DNA of 64,000 bases from the NCBI RefSeq assembly GCF_009914755.1, contig NC_060928.1; one strand, 5' to 3'. The stretch comes from the human T2T-CHM13v2.0 reference genome, Homo sapiens. Under the pieces are notes generated by a model, which was given only the letters and a program-made list of their open reading frames with translations, did no database searches and had not been told where the DNA came from. Made by a program: the position numbers and the translations under genes. Below, piece by piece: positions 28,601-43,368 of the stretch. Position 1 is the first letter of the stretch. Every line of letters starts with the position of its first letter.

Positions 28601-31600
28601 TTTGTTCTTTTTCTAGTTCCTTGAGGCTTAATGTTAGACTATTTTTCTGAGATATTTCTTCTTTTTAATGTAGGCGTTTATTTCTATAAACTTTCCTCTA
28701 AAACTGCTTTTGCTGTCTTCCATAAGTTTTGGTATGTTGTGTTCCCATTGTTGTTTGTCTCAAGATATTTTTTTAAATTTATCTTTTGATTTCTTCTTCA
28801 ATCCATTGGTTGTTCAGGAACATGTCATTTAATTTCCACAAATTTATGAATTTTTCATGATTTATCTAAATACTAGTTTCATACAATTAGTGTCAGAAAT
28901 GATACTCAATAGGACTTAAATATTCATACATTTTTAAAGAAATGTTTTATCACCTAACATTGTTTCATGTATTCTGGAAAAAATGTCTATTTTTCTGCTG
29001 CTGCTGGATGGAAAGTTCTGTATATGTCTGCTAAGTCCATTTGGTCAAAAGTGCAATTTAAGTCCAGCATTTACTAATTAATTCTCTGGTTAATATATCC
29101 ATTGTTGAAAGTGGGGTACTGAAGCCTCATCCTATTATTGTACTACTATCTATTTCTCTTTATGTTCATTAATAGTTTACATATTTAGGTGGTCCAATGT
29201 TGTGTAAATATATATTTTCAATGATTAGGTCACCTTGATAAACTTATTCATGACATTCAGTCACAATCTTCTTTGTCCCATGTTACTTTTTGACTTCAAG
29301 TCTATTCTATCAGATAAGTATAGCCACTGCTGCTTTCTTTGATTACAATTTGCATCTAATATCTTCTTCCATCCCTTCACTTTCAGCCTCTGTATATCCT
29401 TAAAGCTTGAGTGGGTCTCTTTCAGGCAGCATATAGTTGGATATTGATTTTTATCCATTCAGCCACTCTGTGTTGAATGTAAATGGATCAAATTATCCAA
29501 TCAAATTACACAGATTGGTTGAATGTGATCAATTTACATTCAAGGTTGTTACTGATACATAGGGACTTGCTACTGCCATTTTGCTATTTGTTCTCTGCTT
29601 CTTTTGTAGTTTCTTTGTTCCTTTATTTCTCTCTTGTCATCTACCTTTATAATTTGATAATTTTCTGTAGTGCTAACTTTTGTTTCTTTTATCTTTATCA
29701 TTAGTGTAGCTGATGTAGGTTTTTTGTGTATGTGGTCACCATGAGGCTGACAAAAGTATCTTATAGTCTACTATTTTAAGCTAATAATTTCTGTTATATA
29801 CAAAAACTCGAGACTTTAATCCCATTTAAATTTTTGATGTCACAATTTACATCTTTTTCTATTGTGTACTTTGTAACATTTATTACAGCTTTAGTTATTT
29901 TTGATGATTTTGACTTTTAACCTTCATACTAGAGATATGTATGACTTACACAACACCATTAAAGTATTGGAACACTCAGGATTTGACTATGTATTTGCCT
30001 CTAGCAGTGAGTTTTATATTTTCATATGTATTAATGATAGTAATGATCATCCTTTGGTTTCTACTTGAAGAACTTCCTTAAGCATTTCTAGTAAGGCAGC
30101 TCCAGTTGTAATAAATTCTCTTGGCTTATGCTTGTCTGTCAAAGAAGTATTTCTCCTTTATTTCTGAAAGACAGCTTTGCTAGGTATACTACTCTTGGCT
30201 GATAGATTTATTTTTTTCCTTTCAGCACTTTGACAATATAATTCCATTCTCTCCTAAACTGCAAGATTTGTCCTTAGAAATCTGCTGATAGTCTAATAGA
30301 GATTCTCCTATATGTGGCTTGATGGTTTTTCTCTTACTGCTTTTAAAATTCTCTCTTTATCTTTGACTTTCAACAGTTTGGTTTTAATGTGCCTCAGAAG
30401 GAATCTCTTTGGGTTGAATATATTTGGAAATCTCTGAGCTTCATGGATCTGGATGTCCATATCTCTTCCCAGACCTGGAATATTTTCAGCAATTATTTCA
30501 TTAAATAGACTTTCTGTTCCTTTGTCTTTCTCTTATGTTTTTGGGGACTCCAATAATCAAATATTTATTCACTTAATGGTGTGCCATCAGGCCTATAGGC
30601 TTTTTTTTTTTAACTATTTTAATTTTCCTTTGAGTCATGTCAAAAGACCTATACTGCAGTTCAAAAATTCTTTCTTTTTGATCTTGTCTGCTGTTAAACC
30701 TCAACCATATATATTTTTTTTATTTCATTGATTGAATTATTTAGCTCCAAGAATTCTGTCTGGTTCTTTAATACAGCTCCTATTTGAATTTCTCATTTGG
30801 ATCATTGTTTTCCTAATTACACTGAATCATTTATTTCTATTATCTTGTATCTCACTAAATTTCCTTAAGATCATTATTTTGATTTCCTTTTTAGGCAATT
30901 TGTAAATTGTTGTTTCTGTGGGGTCAGTTACTGGAGAATTATTGTGTTCCTTTGGTGGAGTCATATTTCCTTGCCTTTTCATGTTTCTTGTGTCTCTGCA
31001 TTGATGTCTGTGCATCAGACAGTGCAGTCACTTCTTCTAAACTTTACAGAGCAGCTTTCATAGGGGGAGACTTTCACATACAGGTTGAACACGGTGCAAG
31101 CAACTCTCCATGTGGACCCAGAGGTGTAATCTACATTCAGCTTCTTCCACTGTGATCAATGTTAGTGATGACTGGAGGTGCTTACATGGCCTAGACTGTA
31201 GGAATTTGTTTCAGTAATGGTGGCTGCATAGGTTATTAGGGCAAAGGCTTTAGGGATCCTCTTATTCTTGTTTTTCTCACAGTGGGGAGTCTTAGCTGGG
31301 GATTTTTCTTGAAATTGGGTCTGATATGGCTTTCAAGCAGCACTGAAATATAGTGCAGCACTATAATATAATACAGTATATAATACAGTAGCACTGGAAT
31401 ATAGGACACATATGCTTGGAACAGCTGTGGAACTGGGTTCCTGGGCTAAGGGTTTTGTCAAAATACCGTAGTTCCCAGAACTTGAGGCCATAGGCTCACT
31501 CTCCAAAGCACAAGAGAATGCAATTCTCCCACTAAGCTGAGGCCTATCTCTCTGAGGCACATCCCAGTAGCTTTGTCCCAGGAGCTTGGATGTAGCTATG

Positions 31601-32437
31601 GTTCTGACCCTGGGAGGCACCAGCATGGATCTGAATAAAAATTAAAAAAAAAAAGAAGTCCTACAGAGGCTCAGGCCCCAGAAACTTGGGCACAGCTGCA
31701 ATTCAGGACCCAGAACAAACAGGGCACACTGGCAGGTGGGCTCCAGGGAATAAGGTACCATGAGGTGGTGACTCTGGAACTGGAAATGATAGGACATAGG
31801 AGTATCCCAGACTTTATAAGGCCAGGTATAGCAGCAAGGATGTAAGTTCCTGATATGATTTAGGCCCCAGGGGACAGGGAGCAGTACAGTGATGCTTTCA
31901 CTTCCAGAAGACGGGGGATGTCTTGGCAGCTCAGACTGTAGGAGTCTAGTCCAGTTCCAGGTAGGGAGGACACTGTGGGCTTTTCGACCTGAAGGTGCAT
32001 AACCACAGCTCAGCCAATGCTCTGATTCCCTGGGACTAAAGGCACTGTGTCTGTTTAGCCCCAGAAAGTGCAGCTACATGGGTCAGCAGAGCCTCTGGAT
32101 CACTGGGTTCAGGGTGTGGCATCAACTATGATGCTTAGAGGTACAGCTGCTTCATTGGGCCAGGGGCTCATATTTCCAGGGTGCAGGCTGCTGCCTCACC
32201 TATTGCACAGGGCAGGGGGTTACTGCTCCAGTATGCCAGTGGCTTGAGGTCCCTGGGAAATGGGTTGATGCCTCAGCTGTGGCACCAGATCATGACTGTC
32301 CCCACAGTTAAAAGGCTCCAGGTCCCTCAGGGCAGGGCACCACTTCAGCTTGACCCTGAGGGAAGAATGCACCACCAACTGGGATGGGGATAAAAGAATA
32401 GCTTTGTGGTAGCTTGACTCTAGGGAGTAGGCCATAA
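25672..32437 (-). mobile_element. Near full-length decayed L1MA-type element (L1MA9-like 3' end)
   Basis: 3' UTR at ~25680-26100. ORF2 remnants include the endonuclease segment PTICCLKETH...LKVKGWKKI (ORF 29261-29458). ORF1 N-terminus MTPPKEHNNSPVTDP (30827-31015). GC-richer 5' UTR at ~31100-32430. Confidence 0.85.
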
Positions 32438-33472
32438 GACAAGATTTCATTCCTTTATATGATTAAATAATATTCAATTGTGTATGTACATCTATTTACC
32501 AAATTTTCTTTATCCATTCATCTGTTCATGGGCATTCAGAAGATTCCATATCTTGGCTATTGTAAATACTGCTGCAGTAAACATGGGAGTGCAAATTATC
32601 TCTTCAATATATGAATTTCTTTTCCTTGAAACACTTCAGGACATTGGACTGGACAAAGATGTTATATGGAACACTTCAAAAGCACAGATAATGAAAGCAA
32701 ACATAGATCACTCAGATTATATCAAATGAAAAAGTTTCTGCACAGCAAAAGAAACTCGTAAGTGGGAGCTGAACGATGAAAACACATGGACACAGGGAGG
32801 GGAACATCGCACACTGGGGCCTGTCGTGGGGTGGAGGGCAAGGAAAGGGAGAGTATTAGGACAAATACCTAATTCATGCTGGGCTTAAAACCTAGATAAC
32901 GGGTTGATAGGTGCAGCAAACCACCATGGCACATGTATACCTATGTAACAAATCTGCACATTCTGCATGTGTATCCCAGAACTTAAAATAAAAATAAAAA
33001 AGAAACAATCAACAGAGTAAAGAGACAACTTGTAAGGCTGAAGAAAAGACATGAAAACTATTCATCTGACCAGCAGTTAATACCCAGAATATAAAAGAAA
33101 CACAAACAACTTAACAGAAAAAAAACTAATAATCTGATTTTAAAATTCTGAATAGACATTTCTCAAAAGGAGACATACAAGTGGCCAAGAAATATATGAA
33201 AAAAAGTTCAATATCGCTAATCCTCAGAGAAATGAAAATCAAAACTGTAATGAGATATTATCTCATCCCCATTAAAAAGGCAATTATCAAAAAGACAAAA
33301 GTAGCAAATGCTGGTGGGGATGTGGAGAAAAGGGAACTCTTATACACTGTTGGTAACCATTATGGAAAATAGCATGGAGGTTCTTCAAAACCTAAAAATA
33401 GAAAACCAGGTGATTCAGCAATCATATTACTGGGTATTTATCCAAAGGAAAGGAAATCGGTATATTAAAGGG
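32438..33472. mobile_element. L1MA fragments in opposite orientations (minus 32438-32628; plus 32629-33472)
   Basis: ORF2 3' region on both strands, e.g. ORF 33181-33372 KKSSISLILREMKIKTVMRYYL. The plus piece is interrupted by an L1PA 3' end. Confidence 0.8.
32756..32997 (+). mobile_element. Short L1PA7/8-like 3' end
   Basis: 3' UTR ggacaaatacctaa...gggcttaaaacctagat...cccagaacttaaa plus A tail. TSD AAAAGAAAC (32747-32755 / 32998-33006). Confidence 0.88.
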
Positions 33473-34175
33473 ACGGTTTTTAAAGACTTATTTGCCTAAT
33501 CTTGGTTTGTCATTGAACACCAAACTTGCAGCAGTTTCAGATTTCAGAAATAGACTTCCATTTTGTTTCCTTATTCACTGGAGAAGTGCTTTCTGCAAGG
33601 TGATACAAAATTCGGCTTTCCAGTGTGAATCTTTAATCCCCAGTCCTGTGCAAACCAGGAAAAAGTGATCCATAATGTGTCTCTTTAAGTGGATCCTTTT
33701 TAGATGTGTTCATTTTCCCACAAAAATTACTAACTGTATAGTCAACCTGAGTGCAAACTATACAACATTTATAGCCAAAAGAAAAGTTTACTTAGTTATT
33801 TAGGATATAAACTAAGTCTATAGTTACTTTTTAATAAAGCCAGCTTAGAAAAGTTTCCTTTAAAAACATATATGTAAAGTAAGAGTTATATACCTCATAC
33901 TAATGAACGACAGTAAGTGATGATAAGCTCCTTGGCAATGAATGATTTTAATTAATTATACTGCAGGATTGATCACTTTTTACGTCAATGTATCACTGAT
34001 GAGTTGACTGCTCCTGTTGAAGATATTTCAGCATTATTTATGATCATTTACAGTAGTCATTTTTAATATAGGGAATTGTATCTGTTGATTAAAAAATTAT
34101 AACAATTCTATCATTCTTCTATATCCTTAGTATATTCCAATAAATTAGATGTGGTTTAAGAAAATGTCACTTGAG

Positions 34176-34466
34176 GGCCAGGCACGTTGGCTCATGCCTG
34201 TAATCCCAGCACTTTGGGTGGCCGAAGTGGGCGAATCACTTCAGGCCAGGAGTTTGAGACCGGCCAGGCCAACACGGCGAAACCCCGTCTCTACTGAAGA
34301 TACAAAAATTAGCCAGGCGTGGTGGTGCATGCCTGTAGTCCCAGCTACTCAGGAAGCTGAGACAGGAGAATTGCTTGAGCCCGGGAGGTGGAGGTTGCAG
34401 TGAGCCGAGATTGCACCAGCCTAGGCGACAGATCGAGACTCTGTCTCAAAAAAAAAAAAAAAGAAA
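34176..34466 (+). mobile_element. Alu (AluSz/Jb-like)
   Basis: Full dimer with a small deletion near the 3' end. 18-bp TSD AAGAAAATGTCACTTGAG (34158-34175 / 34467-34484). Confidence 0.94.
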
Positions 34467-36499
34467 AAGAAAATGTCACTTGAGAAGCATGAAAGTACTC
34501 AGACAGCAAGTAATAATCATCTCCAACTGGGGTTTAAAGTTAGACTCTTCTCTTACATTTTGTGGTATCTATTAATTTTGTGAAATAAGTATGAACAAAA
34601 CTATAGGTTCAATAAATTGACACAGAGTTGATTCTACTCAGAACTCATGACAGTCACATTTATTATTATGGCCTGCAGTGTAATAATTATCTATCCTACT
34701 TGTTAATTCTAATAAAACCTTTTTCTTTTTATATTGTATGTTTTGTGCATCTTGAATCTTCCTTGCCTCTCCTCAGTACTAATCAACAAAATTCCAGACT
34801 TTAACCTTGGAAATTACAGGTTAACTGTAAATAAAAGAAGTTTCAACAAATTAAAAATAATCTGTATTCTCCTACAGCTGCAGAAATGCAGATTCAATTT
34901 TGCACAAATGGTGAATTAAGAACTTAAAAAAAAAAGAGTATCACTCTTATTTCTCGTCCAAGATGAGGGGAATATGTAATCCTTTTATTTTCTATTATTA
35001 AAACTGTCCCTGGAAGTGTTATTTGAACAAAGGATTCTTATGATATCAGGGCTTCAGAGAAATGTTGCAGTGTTCTGTGAAAATAAGCTTTAACCTCTAA
35101 AATGTCTCTAATACAGATTAATTGTCTTAGCAGATAACACTTTGTTTCCCTGGTAATAATATTTATATTTACCTTTCTGTTTTGAAAAAATACCAATGCT
35201 TATAAGATTTATCAAACCACAAGAGGACCACAAACACTCCTCTTCTCTCTCACTCTCAGGCAGGAAACGAGACCCGTGACTATTATGGATATGTAGGCCC
35301 TCCTTATATCCTCACCAATGGTGGCCACTCTCGGTCAGTCCTCTGGGTGATAAAGTATACATATAAATATATACTGAGTACAAGACTGACATTATACCCT
35401 ACAACTATTACAGCCTGTAAAATTATTGTGTTTCTGAATATTTGTGAATGAAACAAATTGTTGTTTGGTATTCAATGACCTTGATATGGTCAAATCTTAA
35501 CTCATATTCTTCCTTTAAACCTCATGAATACTGAATTTCTTTGCCATCGTTAACATATGCTTTGTCCTTTCTGGCCTCTAGTTATGTTATTGGGCTGTTC
35601 TCTCGGCCTTGAATGACCCCTCTTAATTCTTTCTCTATCTTCTATCTCTAATGGCCACTAAAATGCGACCACATTTGAAATTCCAACCATCCTTAAACCT
35701 GAACTGAAGTTCTTCTTTAAATTCTCATGGTACTTTACTCATAACTCTTTAAAAAGGTCTATTCTGTATTATAGTTATTTATAGTTATTATATCTATTAT
35801 GATGTAATCATCATAAAATTATAATTTGTCTGAAACTTGTTATCCCCTGCAGTTATGAGCAAAGCATCTTGTACATCATAGGACCTCAAATGAATGCTGA
35901 AAATATTATTTAATGTCATTTTTTTTGCATTAGGATGCTTTTCCACAGGCAGAAAAACAATCTGCTGCAAATAATAAAGGAATTATAGTCTATGAGGGAT
36001 TCACTTGAAGCAGAATATAACTTCTCATTGATAGGTTTTCACTATAGCTGAGGTTGTATGTAGACTAGAAATAAATCTGTGTTACAGACATTCATGTAAT
36101 AAGTAATTGCTGAGGTATCACCGCTTACTGATTGAGTCCTACTTTGAAGTCCTTGTAGCTTGTTTGTGAGGGTAAGCCTCAGAGAATTTTTTTAAGTGGG
36201 AAGTTAGATTCAGTATTTTGCTTCACTTTGTCTTTTAGATTTAGTGTATGAAGAGAAAGAGTGATTCTATCTTAGCTCAGTGCTTTCAGCAGCTGCTCAT
36301 GCTACAGAGTGGGAAATATTTTTTAAAAAGACATACAAGAAAAAAGAGGATAGAGTCATAACTGAGGGGAAGCAAGTTAATTTTAAGCCTCTGTTATTCA
36401 AGCTAAATGGTTAACTGACAACCAGTTACTGTTCTTTGCTAGAGTTTATCTTGGTTGAACTGTGTATGCATGGACAATAGGAAGAATTAGAAGGAAAGT

Positions 36500-36730
36500 A
36501 AAAGTTATTTAATGTTTGCCAAGAGTCAGGCCCTCTGCTAAGTTATTTGCATAAATTATTTTTTCCATTATAATAACAATTTGGGATATAGGTAGATTCA
36601 ATATCCCCTTTCTATTGATGAAGACATTGAGGTTTTCAGGATATAAATGTAGCTACAAGGTCAATAGAAAAGCCGGGGTACACATTTCAGTCTCTCAGTC
36701 CCCCAGGTCTATAGGCTCTCCATTATAACA
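36500..36730 (+). mobile_element. MIR
   Basis: MIR core-like tatcccctttctattgatgaagacattgagg...aaggtca. Strand and bounds approximate. Confidence 0.55.
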
Positions 36731-37623
36731 TGCTGAATAAACTCAAATATAAGCTGAATATTCACATTTTTACTGTACTCTTTTCTCTAACTTTTCTGAC
36801 ACCCTTTAATTGGGCAACTTTAATTTGTTATCTAACTTTAGGCTCTAAACATTCTGAATAATTACATAATCAAGTCATAATCCTAGGTCACAAAGTAAAT
36901 CAAACTTTCTCAAATACTCTTCCCTCTTAAGGAAACATGATAAAGTGAATATAGCCTGAAGAGGCTAATAGTCTAGTTGCAGAGTCAGACTCAATGAAAT
37001 TTAAAGAAAGCCAGGAGGTGAGGATAAAACCGGGACAGCTGAAAGAAGGGCAGGTTCCCTAAGCATCTCAGTAGATTACAGTTTTGTTACTGAGAAGAGC
37101 TGGAGGGTCACCCTACTGAGACCCCCTTCAAGCATGTTTTTCCCTCAGCTTCAGAACTTACTTTGTATATGAGATGTTTGAATAAATCTTTGAACCTACG
37201 CATTTCTCAGCAGAACACAGAAAAGGAACTGATTAGAAATTTAAATTTCAGAAACATCAAAATTGCAAAATAGAGATTTCTTCCCAAAATACTATGCAGA
37301 GGCTTCCAGTGAGTCTTATTATGCTCATTACAAAAGGTAAGTACACTGGCATCCACACTTGGATGGACTATTTGAAAACACACAGGATGGTTGGAAAAAT
37401 TAGAATAGGTAAAGGAAAAGATAATATGTCAATTCTCAATTAATCAATGCCCCTCTATGCAGTCAGTGACCTTTATTGAATCTCCTGTCTTACTAATCTT
37501 TTGCACATCCAGCAGAAGGTGGGAAGGGTCAGTTTGTCAGTGTCTTTTACTGAAGGTCCATTGTTCAGAGAATTGCAGTGAACTTGATAAAGAATACATG
37601 AACATAGAAAACAGACTACTGGA

Positions 37624-38046
<423 letters not shown>

Positions 38047-38213
38047 TCAATCATCTCTATAAAATGAACCACAGATGGCATATTAGTCTTAACTGTTCCA
38101 CAAACACAGGGCCTCTGTTCTGTGCTAACGACTTTAGATATGCCAGTGTTGCATGAATTACTTATTTGGCTGTTTTCCCCCCAACACTGTAAGTTTTAAG
38201 CATAAAAAATTCT

Positions 38214-39119
38214 TTCTACTTATTACAGTGTATCAGGTGCTTTATACAGTAGGGTGCTCGATAACTATTTTTAAATGCATGATTGAATAAATGAATAAAA
38301 TGTTTTCAGTTTCACTTTGGTATGTTCACAATCACCTCGAATTTTGCCGTTTTTAAAACAAAGCCTTTTTAAAAAACCATGTAGCCTTCTCTTGGCTGAT
38401 AGGTGATAGATTTTCTTGCATAATAGAGATTATTAAATGACCACTTCTCATGCAAAAAAATCTATAAAATGAGGGTAAATTTGATCTGGAGGACTTCCCA
38501 ACCCACTCTCATTTATCAAAAACCCTTTAGCGGAACCACCTCAAGGTCACACCTCATTCATTCCCTCTACAGAGGTATATCGACTCCTCATGCTAAGGGC
38601 TGGAGGCAGAGCGGCAAACTAACATGCCACTCTTAGGAAGCTTTCAGTTCAGAGGTAGGAAAGTCACTAAAAGAGACAACAATTACAAACCATGGTTAAA
38701 AGTTAAATCAGGGGTGTCCAATCTTTTGGCTTCTCCAGGCCACACTGCAAGAAGAAGAATTGTCTTGGGCCACACATAAAATACACTAAAACTAACGATA
38801 GCTGATGAGCTAAAAAAAAAAAAAAAAAAAAAATTCAGACAAATAACTCTCATTATGTTTTAAGAAAGTTTATGAATTTGTGGTGGGCCACATTCAAAGC
38901 TGTCTTGGGCCACATGTGGCCTACAGGCCAAGGGTTAGACAAGCTTGTGTTAAAGCAGTATATTATTTGTGTTAAAGTAAAACAGTATATAATTCTACTT
39001 ATTACAATGTATCAGCTGTTTTATATATTAGGGTGCTCAACAATTATTTTTGAATGTGTGACTGAATAAATAAATAAAATTTTTTCAGTGTCATTGTGGC
39101 ATGGTCACAATTACCTTGA
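38214..39119 (+). repeat. Diverged direct repeat pair, 127 bp (38214-38340 and 38993-39119)
   Basis: Ungapped hand alignment with about 21 mismatches in 127. Includes an L2-like 3' end plus ~40 bp of flank. Confidence 0.85.
38709..38947 (+). mobile_element. MER30 (hAT-Charlie MITE)
   Basis: CAGGGGTGTCCAATCTTTTGGC start, internal poly(A), GACAAGCTTG end. Degenerate 8-bp TSD AGTTAAAT / TGTTAAAG. Confidence 0.9.
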
Positions 39120-39258
39120 TCATCCTAATCCTTACTTGGGACTAGACAGGGAATCCTGATCTACTTAGATATGGATTAGGATAAGCAAGGCAATATGCCA
39201 GATATTTCAATCAGATGTCTTCATTCCACCAAGCATTGCATCTCTTCTTCAAAGCTGA

Positions 39259-39773
39259 CATATGACCCCCAACATTTTTGGTACCAGGAACCGGTTTCGT
39301 GGAAAACAATTTTTTCACAGACCAGTCGGGATGGTTTCAGGATGATTCAAGCACGTTACATTTATTGTGCACTTTCTTTCTATTATTATTACACTGTAAT
39401 ATATAATGAAATAATTATACAACTTACCATAATATGGAATCAGTGGAAGCCCTGAGCTTCTTTCCCTCAACTAGATGGTCCCATCTGGGGGAGATCGGAA
39501 ACAGTGACCTATTATCAGGCATTAGATTCTCCTAAGGAGCACACAATTCAGCATGCACAGCTCACAACAGGGTTTCCGGTCCCATGAGAATCTAATGCCT
39601 CTGCTGATCTGACGGGAGGTGGAACTCAGGCAATGACGTGAGCAATGGAAAGCAGCTGTAAATATAGATGAAGCCTCACTCACTTGCCTGCCTCTCACCT
39701 CCTGCAGTGCAGCCTAGTTCCTAACAGGCCATGGGCTGGTACCGGTCCATGGCCTGCGGGTTGGGGATCCCAG
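39259..39773 (+). mobile_element. MER1A (hAT-Charlie)
   Basis: ccccaac..ttttggtaccagg..ccggtttcgtggaa start, gagaatctaatgcc core, ggttggggatcccag end. About 515 bp. Confidence 0.85.
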
Positions 39774-39805
39774 CTCTATCTAATCTGATATCTTGCTTTT
39801 GGTTA

Positions 39806-40133
<328 letters not shown>

Positions 40134-41146
40134 AGATATTACAGCAGTAGGCAGGCAGTATACCTCAAAAAGTAATCCAATCTCACGTAAGAGTTGAAAA
40201 TTTAGATTTAATAGCCCATGACAGAAAGTCAGTCAGAATTACTACAGTCGAAACCTGAGAATCTGAATTTTAACAATTTTTTTAAATGAGTTGTATGCAT
40301 GCTAAAGTAAGATCCACTGCCTTATGCTGCCCTTGCTTCTTTAAAAACCACTTCTGCGTTTCGTATCTGGTTGTTTTAGTTAAAGCTCTTCTGCTCCGAA
40401 TTCAGTCTCAAATATGCATTTTCAATTAATTATTTTTAACAAGGTGTCAAATAAATTCAATAAGGAATCATGAGGTAAAAGCCATGAGAGACACTTGAAA
40501 GACGCACCAGAGAGAATTCAGTCACTCTCATCAAAGAAAATATTGTTAGATAGCATAGATAATTTCTTCTGAGAGAAATTACTTTTCCAGAAGAAAATAT
40601 GGACTCTATTTGGCAGCAACCTTCTTTGAAGTTTGCGGCAAATCCCAAATAAACCTTAAATATATTTGACTCTATGTGTTAACAATCTATGCTTGAACTG
40701 ACATAAATTAGTACACAACACAATAAGCAAAGAATGTTTAATCCTATGCAGCAGTGTGTTCAGTGATATAAGAACTAGATACAGAATGTGACAGAACTCT
40801 ACCATTTACTTTTTTATATTAAGCTGATCATTTAATTCTTCTGTGCAACAAGTTCCCTAATCTTCAGTAATGTGGCTATTAATACCTATCCTACACATGT
40901 AGGAAGGAGAATAAAATAGAATAAAGAGTGTAAACAGTATAAAATCTGAAGTGTTATTCAAATGTATAAGTTAAATAATCATCATTGTCACACATATTTA
41001 TTATCAATATAGAACACTGAAGATTATAATGAAATGTTATGGAGTCTCTGCTGATTACCTATATTATAAACTAAGCCTAGGAAACTAAAATCATGGCATA
41101 TGTCTCTCACATTGCCAAAATTGTTGCCAGGTGTTTAATACAGTAG

Positions 41147-41483
<337 letters not shown>

Positions 41484-41749
41484 TCAATTGTTTCCAATAG
41501 AAAATATGGGAGTTTTTGTTTCTTGAGGAGAGGACCACAAACATGAACTAAATCACTTCCACAAAACTAACATGGCGTAAGCCTCAAAAGTGAGAGATTA
41601 TAGCCGTAAGACTCCAGAATACAAAATAAACTAGGAGAAAAACTTGAGGAGATAAAAAAAAAAAATAATATAGAGAGGATCCAGGTGAGGAGAGGGCTCT
41701 GGGGCACAGAGGAAGAGAGAAGTATCTATTTGTTGATTTTTTTCTTCCT

Positions 41750-43368
41750 CACATGACCTGGATGAATGTTTGCCCACCCTTTGTCACAGGAAGGAATACA
41801 ACACCATGCCAACTTGACACAGAAACAGAAAAACTGGCAAAGAAACAGAAAAAATAACTACATTAAAAAACCATTAAATAAACTTAAATTCTATTTTAAA
41901 ATGGCCTTTATGGCCTAGATGTTTTCACAATTCTATCAAGATTTCAAAGAACAGATACCCATCTCACATAAACTTTTTAAATGATTACCCAATGTATTTC
42001 ATGGGCCTATTAAATCCCAGATTCTAAAACTAGATAAGAAAAGGGTTCATGAATGTAGACATAAATTATTAGATAATTGAATATTCCAATACATAAAAAA
42101 TAATAGGTCAGAAATAAAAATAGCTAGAAAGAACTTCAGTTTTATCTTTAGATAACAAAAAACAAAAACAAAACTATACAAATAGCAAATTAACAATTTT
42201 CTTAAGCCCATTGGAGAACTGAGGTCTCAATATAAACAATTACTCTAAATCCAGAGAGAAAGAGATGCCTGCATGGAGAAGCAGGACCAGCATTTCCTTA
42301 ACATGGAAATGTGCCAGTGTTACAGTGTGAATCCCCCAAGGGCCTACAGATATAGGTGTGTTCTGTTTTATAGCCTTTTGTTCCAGGAAACCCACCACAA
42401 GATAACTAGGAAAATCAGTGAAAATCCTGAAACAGAGGCCTCCAAGGTTCTACTGGGTGGGAAATAGCCACTATTTCCAAAATTCCATCCGGATACATCA
42501 CCACTATTTATCTTATACAATAAAAGCCTTGATCTGTAGGTAGAATTTTATATATTATATATTATATTAGTATATGTATTTCTATGTATGTGCACACATA
42601 CACATATCATATATAATGTGTGTATGTATATCTCCTTGACCATATACTAAACTTTAAGAAATTTAAAATGATAGAAATGAACAAAGTACATTTCTAGCCC
42701 ATAAGGGAATTAAACTATGAATCAATAACAGAAAGACATCTGAAAAAGCTCCAAATATTTGGAAATTAAACAACACACTTCTAAATAACTTATCAATTGA
42801 AAAGGAACTCTCAAGGATCAATTATAAAATGAAAAATTTTAATATAAAATACAATATATAAAAATTGTGGAATTCAGCTAAGGTGGTATTAGAAAGAAAT
42901 TTATATCATTAATTGCTTACATTAAAAATAAAGTTGTAAGGTCAGCAACACAAATTACCTTACAAAAATTGAAAAAAATGGTAGCAAACTAAATATAAAG
43001 CCAAAATAAGGAAAAAATATGTAAAGATTAGAGTGGAAATCATGAAACTAAAGCAGAAAACAACAGACAAAAATCAAAGAAGCAAACAAAGTTAAATTCA
43101 AAATTAATAAAATTGACAAACCTATAGCAAGACTGATCAAAAAGAGAGAGAAAGCACAAATTATTAATATCAGGAATGAAAAAAAAAAGAAGACATCATT
43201 CTGGATACCACAAATACCCAAAAGACAATTTTAAAATACTATAAAACTCTATTCCCCCAAATTTAATAGCTTCAGTGAAATTTACCACATCCTTAAAAAT
43301 ACACAAACTAGCAAAATTCACTGAAGGAAAAATAAATACCTGAATAACCTTATATCTATTAATGAAAT
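41750..43368 (+). mobile_element. Fragments of ancient L1M elements with a TA-rich low-complexity patch (~42545-42630)
   Basis: ORF2-like A-rich sequence, e.g. ggaaattaaacaacacacttctaaataac and aaaattgacaaacctatagcaagactgatc. Confidence 0.7.

Noticed and set aside
33480-36000. Unique-looking sequence with acceptor-like tracts (e.g. ttctcctacag near 34877, ctctcactctcag near 35259)
   Set aside because: No coherent exon chain or protein similarity is visible. Noncoding exons cannot be called from sequence alone.
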